The position numbers were made by a program, and so were the translations under genes. A stretch of 63,976 nucleotides of DNA, counting the filler, from Ministeria vibrans ATCC 50519 (taxonomy: Eukaryota > Protista > Filasterea): assembly GCA_943704425.1 (NCBI GenBank). It is 13 parts of 13 records of this genome, joined end to end, with 100 filler letters (N's around TTAATTAATTAA, not from the genome) between each part and the next. Parts side by side here need not be neighbours in the genome. Positions count along the whole stretch, not along the records: positions 1 to 19,845 come from CALSCP010002659.1; 12 more parts are not named here. One strand, written 5' to 3'. The notes under the pieces were generated by a model that saw only the letters and a list, made by a program, of their open reading frames with translations, had not been told where the DNA came from and did not search any database. The first letter of the stretch is position 1, and each line of letters begins with the position of its first letter. This document shows positions 1-12,353 of this stretch, in pieces.

Positions 1-29
1 GGGGGTGGGGGGGCAGGCAGGCCGCGTAC

Positions 30-229
30 CGTTGGTACATAGCGCTCCAAGTCGTCTGTCCATCCGCCGTTCTTAAACGCCGTTAGCAAAGATGTCTACA
101 TTTTTTGTCAACGTCATTATTATTTTTGTTATTTTTTGTCTTTCGCTCTCTCTGTTGGTTTCTTGTTCTCACCTTTCCACAAGAACCATCGCCGACTACA
201 ACAATCTTCTTTCGTACAGGCAGAGACAT
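30..229 (-). CDS. Rho-family small GTPase, first two exons (173-229, 30-95); 3' end lies outside the window
   Basis: Spliced translation MSLPVRKKIVVVGDGSCGK|TSLLTAFKNGGWTDDLERYVPT matches the RhoA/Rho1 N-terminus (RKKLVIVGDGACGKT...YVPT); GT-AG sites in frame. Confidence 0.85.
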
Positions 230-536
230 AATAAATTAGGAGACAGTGAAAAAAAACTATTTTTGAAAAATTGAAAATTCACATTTCAGTGATCAAAAAG
301 CCCAGCGACTTATGGCACGGCTTATGGCGCCAGTCGAGGCTTCAAACGAGTGATCACTCAACGCCCAGACCGCCCAGGGTCCAGTGAGTAAGATCGGGAA
401 GTGTCGGGCTGAGTCGCTTGAATTAGACGGGTTTGTGAATAATGAATACTCCTCGTAATGAACTATGAAGAAAGAACTTCAATGACTTATTTCACACACA
501 CACACAAACACACAATTTATTCTTCTACGTGTTGCA

Positions 537-3475
537 ATGCCACACTTTACCGCTGACGATGGCGTTCGTCTGCGATACGAGATCCATCCTGGTGGTCCCA
601 AACATGTATGGGGACATCAAGTCACGTCACACCGCACTCACTCCATCTCTCCAACTCATTCCCTCTCCTCTCCTCTCGACGCCTCGCTCTCGCTCTCGCT
701 CTTTCTCTCGAAGATCATGTTCATTATGGGCTTTGCCAGTGGCCTCGAGGCATGGACACAACAGGTACACGCCCGCTTTAGTGTCGTTTTCCCGTGAAAA
801 TGGCTCGCGCGAGCCACACGACTCCACTCCACTCACTGCACACCTCTCTTCACCGTCCTCGCCAAGGTGGACTACTTTCTCGACCGTCGCGACACCTTCT
901 CGCTTGTTCTGCTCGACAACCGTGGCTCGGGACACTCGGAAGCACCGTCACTGCTGCTCACGACCAAGCGGATGGCACACGACGCCATTCAGCTGCTGGA
1001 GCACATCCAGTGGCACTCCCACACGCACCTCGTGGGCGTGTCCATGGGTGGCATGATTGCCATGGAGATGCTGCACGAGTCGCCGTCACACTTCAACTCG
1101 GTGACTCTCATCAACACGCATGCTGGCGGCTACCGTGCCTTCCCGTCCGCCCGCGCCCTCTACCTCTTTGCGAAGGCGCTCTTCGTTGGCGACGAGGCTG
1201 CACGTCTCGACTCTAGTTTTGAACTTCTCTATGGCCCGCGCGGACGTCACAACAAACCCTTCAACAAACAGCTGCGTGAACGTTTCGTCGCGCTGCGTTC
1301 ACCCAAAAGTCCCATTGCAATGAAACGCGCAACTCTCAAAGGAATTCTCTCTCACACAGTGGCAGTCAAGTAAGAAGCGCGCATTATTGTTATAATTAAT
1401 ATTGTTATAATTATTATTATTGTTATTTTTCATTATTCGTATGTTGATGCTGTTCTCTTTGTGTATCGCTAATACTTTTGTACACACATGATGTGGCAGC
1501 CGTCATTATGTGTCTAAGCGTCGACTGCGGCACTTGGGGCAACTCGGAGTGCCAATTCTGGTGCTGGTGGGTGACCACGATTTGCTCATTCATCCGGAAA
1601 ACAGCTACAGCTACGCAAAGTACTTGGGTGTCAAACCCATTGTGTACAAGGACGTCGGACACGTACGTACACACACACACACACTTTGTTTCTTTCCCCC
1701 TCCTCTCTCTCTCTCTCTCTATCACTTTGTTTCTTTCCCCCTCCTCTCTCTCTTTCTCTATCACTTTGTTTCTTTCCCCGTCCTCTCCCTCTCCCTCTCT
1801 CTCTCTATCACTTTGTTTCTATCCCCCTCCTCTCTCCCTCCCTCTCTCCCTCTATCACTTTGTTTATTTCTCCTCATGTTCTCCCTTTTCATAATAACAT
1901 TCATTATTATTTCAGGCACTGATCAACGAGGCAGTGGAGTTTCACAACGACCTTGAGCGGCATATTGACGAGGCGCACCGGCGCTTTGCACGGCCCTCGT
2001 CAGTCGAACTGGCGACCATCCCGGTGCCGCCCCCACCCTCGCCCCTCGATCGCATGTACTTCCTCGGCGAATCTTACGAGCGCCCCATGACCATTACGGG
2101 TGTCGGCTACTTTGACGAGATGCTTACTCTCGACCTGCTGTGTGCCATTGGGGCGCGCTGGGTCACCGAGTTCCCCGCACTCGTGTGCGTGCCCAGCCAC
2201 GACACGCGCTCGTGGGTGCGAGCGCGTCACTTCCACGTGAGTGATCATGTGACGTTTGCAGACACGGATGGCTCGTCGGATGCACACACACGCCGCATTG
2301 AGCAGCTCGTGAGTGTACCGTTGCCGCGCCATCGGCCGCTGTGGGACGCCCATGTGCTGCGCAACCCTAACGGCTCGTGTGTGTTGTGTGTGCGCCTGTC
2401 GCATGCCATTGGCGACGGTGCCGCGTCGGTGCGCATGCTCATGGATTTTGTTGACAAGGAGTTTGCACGCAAAGCCACGGCACGCATGATGACCGTCGTC
2501 AATGCACACCGTCGTCAGCACCAGATTGAGCTAGACGCTCGTCTGGCCAAGAGTCGCGTGTGGGCCCTCGTCTACCTTGTGGGCGCCTTCTTCGTCTCGC
2601 TCGTGGCGTGGGGTGCCAACATGGGCACGACCATGCTGCGCTACCTCATGTACATGTTCGTGCCGGGTGCACCCACCATTGGCATTCGCAGTACGTCCTC
2701 GGAGCGTACACAAGTGCCCGACCTCAGTGACAAGCAGGTGGGCCTTGTTGCCGACATTGAGCTGGCGGACGTGAAGAAGATTGGGCGTGCCATGGGCGTG
2801 AGCGTCAACGACATTATGCTGTCGTGCCTGGCAGGCGCCGTAGCACGCACCTCGTCGCTTGCCAGTGCCACCGCCTCGGCAGCGGCCCCTCGCGACGCCC
2901 TTGCGCCCCACTGGCTCCTTAAGCACATCCCCATCCTGCGCGAGGCCCGCGACCTCGCCTGCATTGTTCCTTTCAACATGCGCCTGCGCGCAACCGCCAG
3001 TCTCGACGCACCCGGCAACCACAGCAGCATTTGCGTGGTGCGACTCCCCTGCTGGATGACCGACCGTCGTGCGCGTGCGCAAGAGATCCATCGTCGTATG
3101 ATGACCATGAAAAAGGGCTCCTTTCCCATCCTCTCCTACCTCATGATCAGCGCCTCCTGCATCCTTCCCGACTTTGTGACTAGTCGCTGGATCCGCTGGC
3201 AGGGCCAACGCGCGCCCATCCTGCTCACCAACGTGCCGGGTCCCGATCACGAGATGACCATGGACGGTCGACGCATCTCATCGTATGCCGGCGTGGTCCC
3301 GTGCCCCAACGAGTATGGGATCGGCGTCTGTGTCTTCAGCTATGCCGGACGCATCTCCGTCTCTTTCAACGGCGCCCGTGCTCTCACCCCGTCCCCGCAA
3401 CACCTTGCCCATGCCTTCACCGAAGAGTGGCGCCTCATGCAACACGATGACACTAACGACTCGTTTTCCCACTAA
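537..3475 (+). CDS. Alpha/beta-hydrolase fused to wax ester synthase/diacylglycerol acyltransferase (WS/DGAT), 781 aa; exons 537-605, 714-764, 867-1369, 1500-1662, 1916-3475
   Basis: Hydrolase motifs DNRGSGHS, GVSMGG (nucleophile), VGDHD and DVGH|ALINE; then SHAIGDG (HxxxDG), SVNDIMLS, LLTNVPGP and FSYAGRISVSF of WS/DGAT. All four introns are GT-AG and keep frame. Confidence 0.85.
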
Positions 3476-3611
3476 TGAGACACTCTAGTACAAACTCCAT
3501 TTCAAGATTGTAGTAACAAATTGTTGATATTGAGTACGAGAGCAACAGCTTTCGTCGATGGCAATGTCAAACAAAACATCAAAATATAATACTTCTACGT
3601 TTGTGGCACTA

Positions 3612-3771
3612 AAAGCACACATAAGCACGCACCAAACACACACATAAGCACGCACCAAACACACACATAAGCACGCACTTAAGCATACATAAGTACGCAC
3701 TAAGCACACATAAGTACGCACTAAGCACACATACAGGCACTGTAACACATATATCTTACGCACGCACACAC

Positions 3772-3846
<75 letters not shown>
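3612..3846. repeat. Degenerate ~20-24 bp tandem repeat (CACACATAAGYACGCACY) followed by a (CA)n microsatellite
   Basis: Directly visible, between two convergent genes. Confidence 0.8.
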
Positions 3847-3847
<1 letters not shown>

Positions 3848-3885
3848 CAGCCTCTCGCTCGCATAATCACATTCTCAGTCTCAAA

Positions 3886-4724
3886 CTACTCCGTCTTGTC
3901 TTTGGGCGACCCTGCAGGGGAAGCTGCGTAGTGGCCAAGGGCATGAAGTGCAAAGGCAGCCATGAGGAGGAAGCGCGCGGTCGGCTCGCTCAGAGGCGTC
4001 AGGTGGAAACGATGCAACACAAGTCTGTGAGGATCGTAGGCAACGTAGTACGCGAAAGTACCCACGATGGCACGCAAGACTCCCGGTGCGGGGTGCCCTA
4101 CGAGCGAAGGTGGCACCGCCAGACGCCACTGGCTCGTGTTCAAATTGAACGCCTCGACAAAGACGAGCTTTCCCGCACCCGCAGCAAACATACCGCACGC
4201 AATGGCAACAAAGGACGCATTCGGAATGGCCTTGAGAGCGTGTGCCATGCCCCAGGTGGAGACGGAGGTCGCTTGCGAAATGCAGGTCAACAGCAACAAG
4301 ACAACTCGGATGGGCGGGAAGAAGAAGAGCCCTTGGAGCACATCGGAGACGGTACGTGGCAAACAAAAGGCAAGGATCCATGCGAGCACATACGCACCGC
4401 AGATGCGGTCGTTGGCAAGCCTGCACACACAAACGAACAGAGTTTTTCATTTCTCTTATTCTTGTGCACCCATTTGTAACTATTGAAACCCGCTCTTTAC
4501 CAGGTGGGGGCGGTGTTCAGAAGAAAGGTCGACATGAGAATGCTACCACCGAGGGAGCAAAGAATCACGGAGGCGAGTGCTTGGAGGATTGGCATTCGCG
4601 GAACGTCACGACGCAATTCAAAGGCAGCCGTAATACCCACTGCGGCGTCGAGAATGGGCCAGGGCGCCACTTCAAAGTGGAGGACGTGCTGGACGTACGT
4701 ATTGGACACGAGCTGATCCAACAT
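3886..4724 (-). CDS. TMEM38: Trimeric intracellular cation channel (TRIC/TMEM38-like), 252 aa; exons 4501-4724, 3886-4420
   Basis: Multi-pass hydrophobic protein; ILCSLGGSILMSTFLL..P, AWILAFCLP, HALKAIPNASFVAIACG..AAGAG resemble the TRIC pattern; one in-frame GT-AG intron. Confidence 0.7.
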
Positions 4725-4903
4725 GATCAAACAAAGTGAGTGCTATCAGCTAATAAACATTAAAGCTATGACTGCTATCATCAATGATCCAACAATGAAA
4801 CAGATTCCACATTTATACTCGCGCTCGCGATCGGAAAGAGAGAGACAGAAAAAAAGTAAAGGGGAAAAGGTGTATTGGGTTTGTGTATGTGCCTGCACCA
4901 AAA

Positions 4904-5598
4904 TTAAACGGCCTGGTAAATGTGAGCAGCGATCTTGGTGACGAGACAATTTCCATTGGGGTGGTCGTAGTAGGTGCCAACCGGGTAGGTTGCCTGGTAC
5001 TGCATGAAGGTGTCGATGTGGGAATCGGTGAAGGACATTCCCGACAGTTTGCAGTTAAGCATATCTGCAGTCGCCTGTTCAAGGTGACGAGGAAGTTCCA
5101 AGGATGTGGGGGTGAGCGTCATGAATTATTGTAGTCTTATGTAGACACGCATCTTACAAAGTGGCAGTCGGAGTACAAATAACCCTCCTCCGTGGCGCCT
5201 TCAGAAGGATAGCTAGTTGATGCGAGAGCAAGAAACCCTGCCTTGAAGATGTCGGAAAGGCCCATTCCGAGGACGGTCGTTGCTGGAGAAGGTACGAAGG
5301 TTTAGACTGCACAGTCATACGGGCCGGTGCAAGTACATAATCTGCATGTGCATATATATGCATAGATCACAAACACACGCATACACATACACAGACGCCC
5401 TGTAAGCCCATGGTCATGGCCAGGTTGTACTGTTGTGACACTGAGTGACAGGAATAATCAAACACAAAACCCCAACTTACTGCCTCGGCAGACAACGTCG
5501 ATGTCAAGGGACATAAAGTCACCGTCGTACTCCGAAATGCCGTCAGTGGTGGCGGACACGGTGGCCACAGCGAGCGCCAGAACGAAAAGGAGCTTCAT
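4904..5598 (-). CDS. Small secreted protein of unknown family, paralog A (multi-exon, includes a 38-nt intron at 5283-5320)
   Basis: Signal peptide MKLLFVLALAVATVSA; ATEEGYLYSDCHF and YQATYPVGTYY..CLVTK resemble the neighbouring gene; internal exon boundaries partly inferred. Confidence 0.6.
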
Positions 5599-6349
5599 TT
5601 CTTTGAACGAGAAGAAAAAAAGAAAAAATATGTTAAGAGTGAGCAATTCAAACGGCGTTGTGTTGAGGGAGACGGCGAAACACACTGGCAGTGGGAGTGC
5701 CGGAAAGGTAAGAAAGAGGGTAAGGCAGTGGCGGTGGGTAGGAGCAAGAGAGAGCGAGAGAGAGAGAGAGAGAGAAAAAAAAAAAAAAAAAAAAAGAAGC
5801 CGTTTGGTCAATGCCACTCAGTGCCGTCAACGGGACATGGGATTGACGGTGGAGGTGAGAGACAAAAGACGAGGGGCGGGAGAGGGAGAAGGCAGGAGAG
5901 AGACACGACGCGCGACCAAGCAAGGTGCAATGACGCTGAAGGCGGGGGGCTGTGCGGGTGTGTTGGGAAGGCTGCTCGCTTGCAGAGGATGCACGCTGCT
6001 GTTTGAGAGAGAGAGAGAGAGTTGACGACTACCTGGGAGGAGTATCAATTAATTTTGATTTGAATTGCTATTAGCCTAATATACTATTATAATATTATAC
6101 ATAAACCGTCGTGATATGTGACATGACGTGATGATCGATCTGCGCTCCAATCGAATGGTCTGGACAAGATAAAAGACGTGTATGCGACTATTTCACTATG
6201 TAGGTCGTAAGGGCTAGGCTAGTGACGAAATTAAATTCGAATGCGCTTCTTGCTACGACACATTTAAGACAAAAAAAACTCAAGGACGTACGCTCATGAT
6301 CATGATCTTTCACTTGCAATTGCAATTGTTACTTCAAGTATAATTTTTA

Positions 6350-6874
6350 CTACTGGCAACCGTTCGACGTGAATGAATTGGTCGTTTGCTTGGTGAAGAC
6401 GCACTCCATCGGCGGCGACGACTGCGTGTACTTCGTACCGATAGGGTACTGTTGCACCAGAGATGTGAACTGCATGGCGGTTTGAATAGTCAGCCCCAAA
6501 AGATCAATGTGGCAAACGTAGTTGTTCGTGTTTTGAAACTGCGAAAAAGACATTACGATCAGTGTCAGGGAAGTGTCAAATTGTCTTTGCATTAAGGCGT
6601 TTTTTTTACCTGCTTGCACTTGGAGCGAATGTATCCCTCGGTTGTAGCAGCATCATTGTTGACGTACATTTGCACATCAGAGTCAGTGATGTCCGCGAGG
6701 CTACCTGCAAGCCGGAGAGGGAAGGGAAAAGAATAAGTAATAAAAAAAGAAAGAAGCGTTCCACCTACCTCCAATACAGTACACCTCGCTGTAGGCCTTG
6801 TAAATAATCAAGCATTCAGGCTCTCCGGCATGTACAGCATACGCCAGGGCGAAAAGGAGAAGCAGGAGACGCAT
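6350..6874 (-). CDS. Small secreted protein of unknown family, paralog B (3 coding exons)
   Basis: Signal peptide MRLLLLLFALAYAVHA; ATTEGYIRSKCKQ|FQ..QQYPIGTKY..CVFTK; GT-AG introns in frame. Confidence 0.65.
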
Positions 6875-6876
6875 CC

Positions 6877-6913
<37 letters not shown>

Positions 6914-8208
6914 GAGTCAATATCTGTCAGAAAATCGAAAAATCTGCATTGCACATGCACGACTTGGCATGTACAAGCAGCAGAACGCAAATAACAAGGT
7001 TCAGAGAGATTCAGACAATGGAAGGGAAAAAAAAAGCCGTTTGTATCGCGGCTGTGGGCATTGAGACACGCTCACGACACACAACCCTGTCGCCATGGCT
7101 CAAGGTGCAGTAAACAAGACCCCCCTGCAGCTGCACGGAATCTGTCCGACTGGAGCACAAGCATGCAACAACCCGTTTTCAAAACGCCAAACCCAACTCT
7201 AAGGCAAAATGGCGATATACACAAAGACCACACAGACGCACACGAACATATTCCTTTCATATACCTTGGGATTATAATCGAATTCCTACAAAAAATATTA
7301 TGCATAATGATCAAGGATTTGATCCTTGGCCTTGTAACTGGAGCAGGACTGCCCACACGCCTCTCATGAATCATAATCAGTGACCACTGGCCAGCGTGCT
7401 TTGTGCTCACTTCTGACTTCTGACTTCTCAGGACTCAGTTCTCACGGATATCACTAGATTCATTACCCTGTCTGGCGTACTCTGCCTCAAATTGAACTCA
7501 AATTATCGCAGCCACAATCATGGATCAGAACTGGCAACTCAAAATTCAACAAATAACATTGTAACCTCTCAAGTCTCAAATCTCAACTCTCAAGTCTTAA
7601 GTCTTAACCACTCAACTCCAACTTGACGTGTGGTTTATTCATTTTCGTTTAAGCTGAAGTAAGTGTAAAATGAAAAATTTGTCCTTTCCCCGACTTTCAC
7701 TTTTTGAACACTATTAGTCTATTAGGATGACTGTATTCAATGAGTGTATGAGTCACTGTAGTTAGGAGTATCACGAACCTTCATAAAAGCGACAGCGTGA
7801 TCAGACGAGAAAAATTTGAAACTTTAGTTTTCCTACAATAGCCCTTAAAATACGGCTGCAGGGCAGTAGTTCAAGCCAATGTTTATGGGGCAATAGTTCT
7901 GCCAGATATTTTAAAGAAACAGCAAGTCAATTTAAAAATAGGTTTAAGTATCAAAAATCGCAAAAAAGCGGATGAAGCACCCAAAAGATCGTGGGATCGA
8001 AAGGAAAGCAAAATTTGCTTTCTCCAAAAACCCACAGGAGTCACAAATACGAGGCGGAGGCTTGTCCTCTCCTCATGACTCCTTGGAGAAGTGGTTAACT
8101 CGTTTGGTTTACAGCTTTGCGTTTTTTTTTCTTCTTTTTTTTAATCTTCTTCGCGCAAATAAATGTCTTCGATTTTTTTTTTTGCAGAATGAAGAGGTGG
8201 TGTGTTTT

Positions 8209-9594
8209 TTATTCATCGTCGTAGAGACCACCGGACGACGGCACGTTTTGTCGGTTAATGGAATCGGACGAATGCTGAGCAGCAGTCGCAGGAGCGTTTT
8301 CGTAGGGCAAGGGCGCTTGCGTGGGGGTCTCCTCCCTGGATGCCTCCTCCTGCGTCACGGCAGGCTCAGGTTCGGTCTGGCGAAGTTCCGGCTCGGGTGC
8401 AGCTGGCTCAGCGGCGCGTGTAGCGTGTGCCGCGACTGCCGCTTGCTGCGCTTCCTGCTCGCGTCGTTCGGCCTGGCGAATCTGCTGCTCTTCACGCTGC
8501 TGCTGCGAGACTTGCTCTCGGTTGGGCATGGTAGACGCGAGTGACTGGTACATCCTACAGAAAAACATGGTTAGTTGAATAGTGAATTTTGATAGAGAGT
8601 GAACAGTTGAACATACTGTTTCTCATATTCGGCCAAGGCAGTGCTGTTCACAACCGCATCGTCAACCAGACCCTTAATACAAAGCAGACGGCAAAGTAAG
8701 TGGGCGAATTTGGGTAAGTATGAGAGACTTTGTTTGTATGCAGTCTTTGGCGCAAACAAAACTCAATCGGAATCATTCCTTACTTTGATGGCTGGGAAAT
8801 GAGAGACAAACTTGGTGCACGATGCAATGTAAGCCGAGAGAGTGTGTTCGCTGGCATTTGTGCCGAGGTTCTGCACACGACCACTCATGGTGGTGAAAAT
8901 CACTTCGGGACTAGCAGTGCCGGCACGCACAACATGGTGCCCAAACACAGGCAGAACAAGACAACACAGGCGTAGCATAGGCTCGCCTCCCTGACCGCCA
9001 CGCTGAAAAAATAAAGTAAAGAAGAAAGAAAGTGAGAGTGAGTAAAACACACCGACTTGTGCAGAATGGTTTTTGCGGTACCATGCAGCTGAAGCACAAG
9101 CGAGCGGCGTCCGAATGCAGCGACTCGTTATCCACAATCGTTTGCATGACACCCTTGACCAACTGTACAATAATAAAACAATAAAACAATAAGAAAAAAT
9201 TGGAACAAATCAAATCAAACAATGTCGAGTCACCTTTTCCGAGACGGTTCTGTCACCCGAGTTGTCAAATGCGCGCATCATACTCTTCATGTGCCACTTG
9301 GCATCGGCCTTGATGGTCGACGCCATCTCCGCCAGCTTGGCCGCCAACACATGACGACGCTCCGGCGGGTCCACCGTCTCAATAAAGCCCAACTACACGT
9401 CATGCCCAAAATCACACGATAAGAGTAAAAGTAAAACGAGAGAATAAATGGATTCGTTTTTACCATTTCGGTTGCGATGGCCTTGCGCGATGCTTGGTCG
9501 TCGTTCACCGACAGCTCCACGACAAGTTCCGCCGTCACAATCCGCAATGTGTCGTCTTTTGCTTGCAATGTCTTGCGAATCTCGTCTGTTACCC

Positions 9595-9627
<33 letters not shown>

Positions 9628-12200
9628 AAAGTCAACATAATTATTGGTATCAGTCTCACTCTTTCTTATGGTCTCCATTTCCGTTCTTTTACCGTCAAAC
9701 TTCTTCACGAGAGGCAGACAAAAGTCAAGTTTTATGACTTGCAAAAAGAGCTCAAGCACAATCAGTCGGACATTGAGCATTCGAGTGCACTACAAACAAT
9801 GACACATTATATTTTATCGTATTAGATGCGTGTGGCCATCGCGTGTGACAGTTGCATCGCGTCGTACAAGCATTTCGCCGAGAAGACTCACACACTGGCG
9901 GATGGTGTCCTGCTCGTCGGGATAGAGCATGAGCACGCGCACGATGTCGGTGAGAACACTCTCGCGGATGTTGAACATGGACGAAGTGCCCTTGGCAACT
10001 CGCACGGGGTCCTGCGCCGCTCGCTCAAAGAAGGTCCGGAAGTACGCAATCATCTCTGTGCGTTCGCTGCTCAGCGACTGAAGTGGTTCAAGCACGCGCA
10101 GCACACGAAGAAGATCGAGCTAGAAGAGGATACAAGTCAGACAAAATGCATAGAGTCCTTTCATATTTATTCTCATACTTATAAATAACTCATCTCTCTG
10201 TATCTCTTCTCTCTCTTCTATCTTCTTACTCCTTTCTCTTCGCTCTCTCTCTCCTTTCTCTTCGCTCTCTCTCTCTCCTTTCTCTTCGCTCTGTCTCTCT
10301 CCTTTCTCTTCGCTCTCTCTCTCTCCTTTCTCTTCTCTCTCCGTTCTCGTCTCTCTCTATTCTCTTCGCTCTCCTTTCTTTTTCTCATTTACCTGCAACC
10401 AGGGATCGGGAATGTTGCGGTAGGCGTACTCATCGAGATTGGCGGACATACCAACCTTGACAAGGAACTTGGCGTAGTCAGGCGCGGCCTTTTGGCAGAC
10501 AACGCGAAAGACGGTCTCGCACAGAAGGGCCGAGTGCAGCGACACGGCACAGCGCACCACCGACGGATGGGGATCGTGCAGTAGACGCACCAGACCGTAT
10601 GCACTCTCGCCGTCCACTGCAACAACATAGTCACAATCATAAGAAACAACTCTTTCACTCTCACTTCACACTCTCTTTACCTTGGAATGCACCCAACTTG
10701 TACGCGTGCTATCCAATGTGACAAATTTAAAAAGACAACCAAAGAATAAGAGAGAGAGAAGGGTGAGACAAAGTGATAGAGAGAGAGAAAGGAGAGAGAC
10801 AAAGTGATAGAGAGTGAGAATGAAGGGAAAAAGAAACGAGAAAAAGAAACAAAGGAAAGAAATAAAGAGATAGAGAGCAATAAAAACAATGCAGCACACA
10901 CAAGAATGATACCTCGAGACACAGAATGGCTTTGGTGCGCACAACAGCCGTTCTCTTGCCATCCAGAGCCAACGACAGCACCTTATGAAAAAGAACATTT
11001 ACACACGATAATATGACTGTGCCATAGATGCAGGGCGCATACCTCCTTGGCTGTCGCCTTTCCCAGGTTCAAGTCGCCTGCATTGGCAAGGTAGGATGTG
11101 GCAAGTTCGTTTGCGAGTGCATTGTTGCTCGTCAGGTCGTGATGGAGCAGTTGCAGCAGCTGCGACTGCACTGTCAGGTACTTGTCCGTCAACGACAAAA
11201 AAAGGTAGCCCATTTGCTTCTCAGAAAATTTCGTGGACGAGATCAGTTCAATCGCCTCATTGCAACCCAGAGTCTCTGCGACAGAGACACAGAAAAACAA
11301 AAAAGTGGAATGTTGAGAGGTGATCAAATTAACTTGTGTGTCTTACCAATGTCAAATCCGATCAATGCAATGTACACCAACTTGCAGACGTACTTTCGTC
11401 GTTGGTAGCCGTTAATAGAACCTTTGCCTGGAACACAAAAGAGACGAAAGAGTGTCAAGTTAATAATAAAATAATATAAAAGATAAACCCAATTAATACA
11501 GCCATTCACGCAATAAACTATATATATAGCAACAGCAACACGCACGCAGTCGCCAGACGCGCGGGACGTCCAGCGGCTCCTCCGTTCCGGCAGTGAGGGC
11601 TTGGGACAGTGCGACGGGCGCCTCACCCGCACACACGCCAGCACGAGCGCCCTCTGCCGCCCACCACCCCAGCACACGGTGCACAGTCGACGTACCTTCA
11701 AACCGAGACTTGATATGGTCGATTTCGCGGTTGATTCGCGATGTTTCTTCGATCGTTGTCTACGTCAACAGCGCAGAGAAAAAAAAAAAAGTTTGGTCAG
11801 AAGAGAAGAGAAAAAAAAATGCTATGTCTCTCTTTTCCGCTCTATCTGTGTCCGCACACACAAGGACAACACAAAACATTCGTTCAGAACGGCACACCGT
11901 ATTTTCTGCCGCGGCTCAAACTCCGTTTCAGCACAGATTTGAGCGGAGAGAGGAGCAAGAAAAAAAGAAAAAAAAGGAGGTGAAGAAGAAGAAGTTGAAA
12001 GGAGAGAGATCTGGAGATGCGATGGGGCCGAAGACTCAGCGGATGGGATTAGAAGTGAGGCATCAAGCCAATAGGAGAGTCGCAGTGTCAGGGCGCGGCC
12101 GGGGACGGCGGCAGGGGCGCAGGGAAGCCGTCGCAACACGAACCTTGCATTTCCTGAGCTCCGCAAGGAAGTTTTGCAATCCTTTCATGTGTTTCGGCAT
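8209..12200 (-). CDS. AP2A: AP-2 alpha-adaptin-like large subunit; divergent, no appendage domain visible
   Basis: MKGLQNFLAELRKCK|TTIEETSRINREIDHIKSRFE|GKGSINGYQRRKYVCKLVYIALIGFDI, LISSTKFSEKQMGYL and YRNIPDPWLQ follow the alpha-adaptin trunk; many exons. Confidence 0.8.
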
Positions 12201-12353
12201 GGTGGCTTGCTAATGCGGGGTTGTGCTGGGCGATCGCGCGCGAGTAACCGACCAAGTCAAAAATATAACCAAAATTAATAAAATTTAAAAACCAAAATAA
12301 GAGCCAATAGATCCGATATTTTTTTATTTTTTTAGGACTCACATAGTCGTAAA

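Noticed and set aside
5283-5320. In-frame TAA suggesting readthrough or an alternative genetic code
   Set aside because: Explained by a 38-nt GT-AG intron with a CTAA branch-like site; other genes use TAA, TAG and TGA as normal stops
7061-7410. Overlapping 102-aa and 112-aa ORFs
   Set aside because: No motifs, coding-like composition or splice support; probably intergenic or UTR
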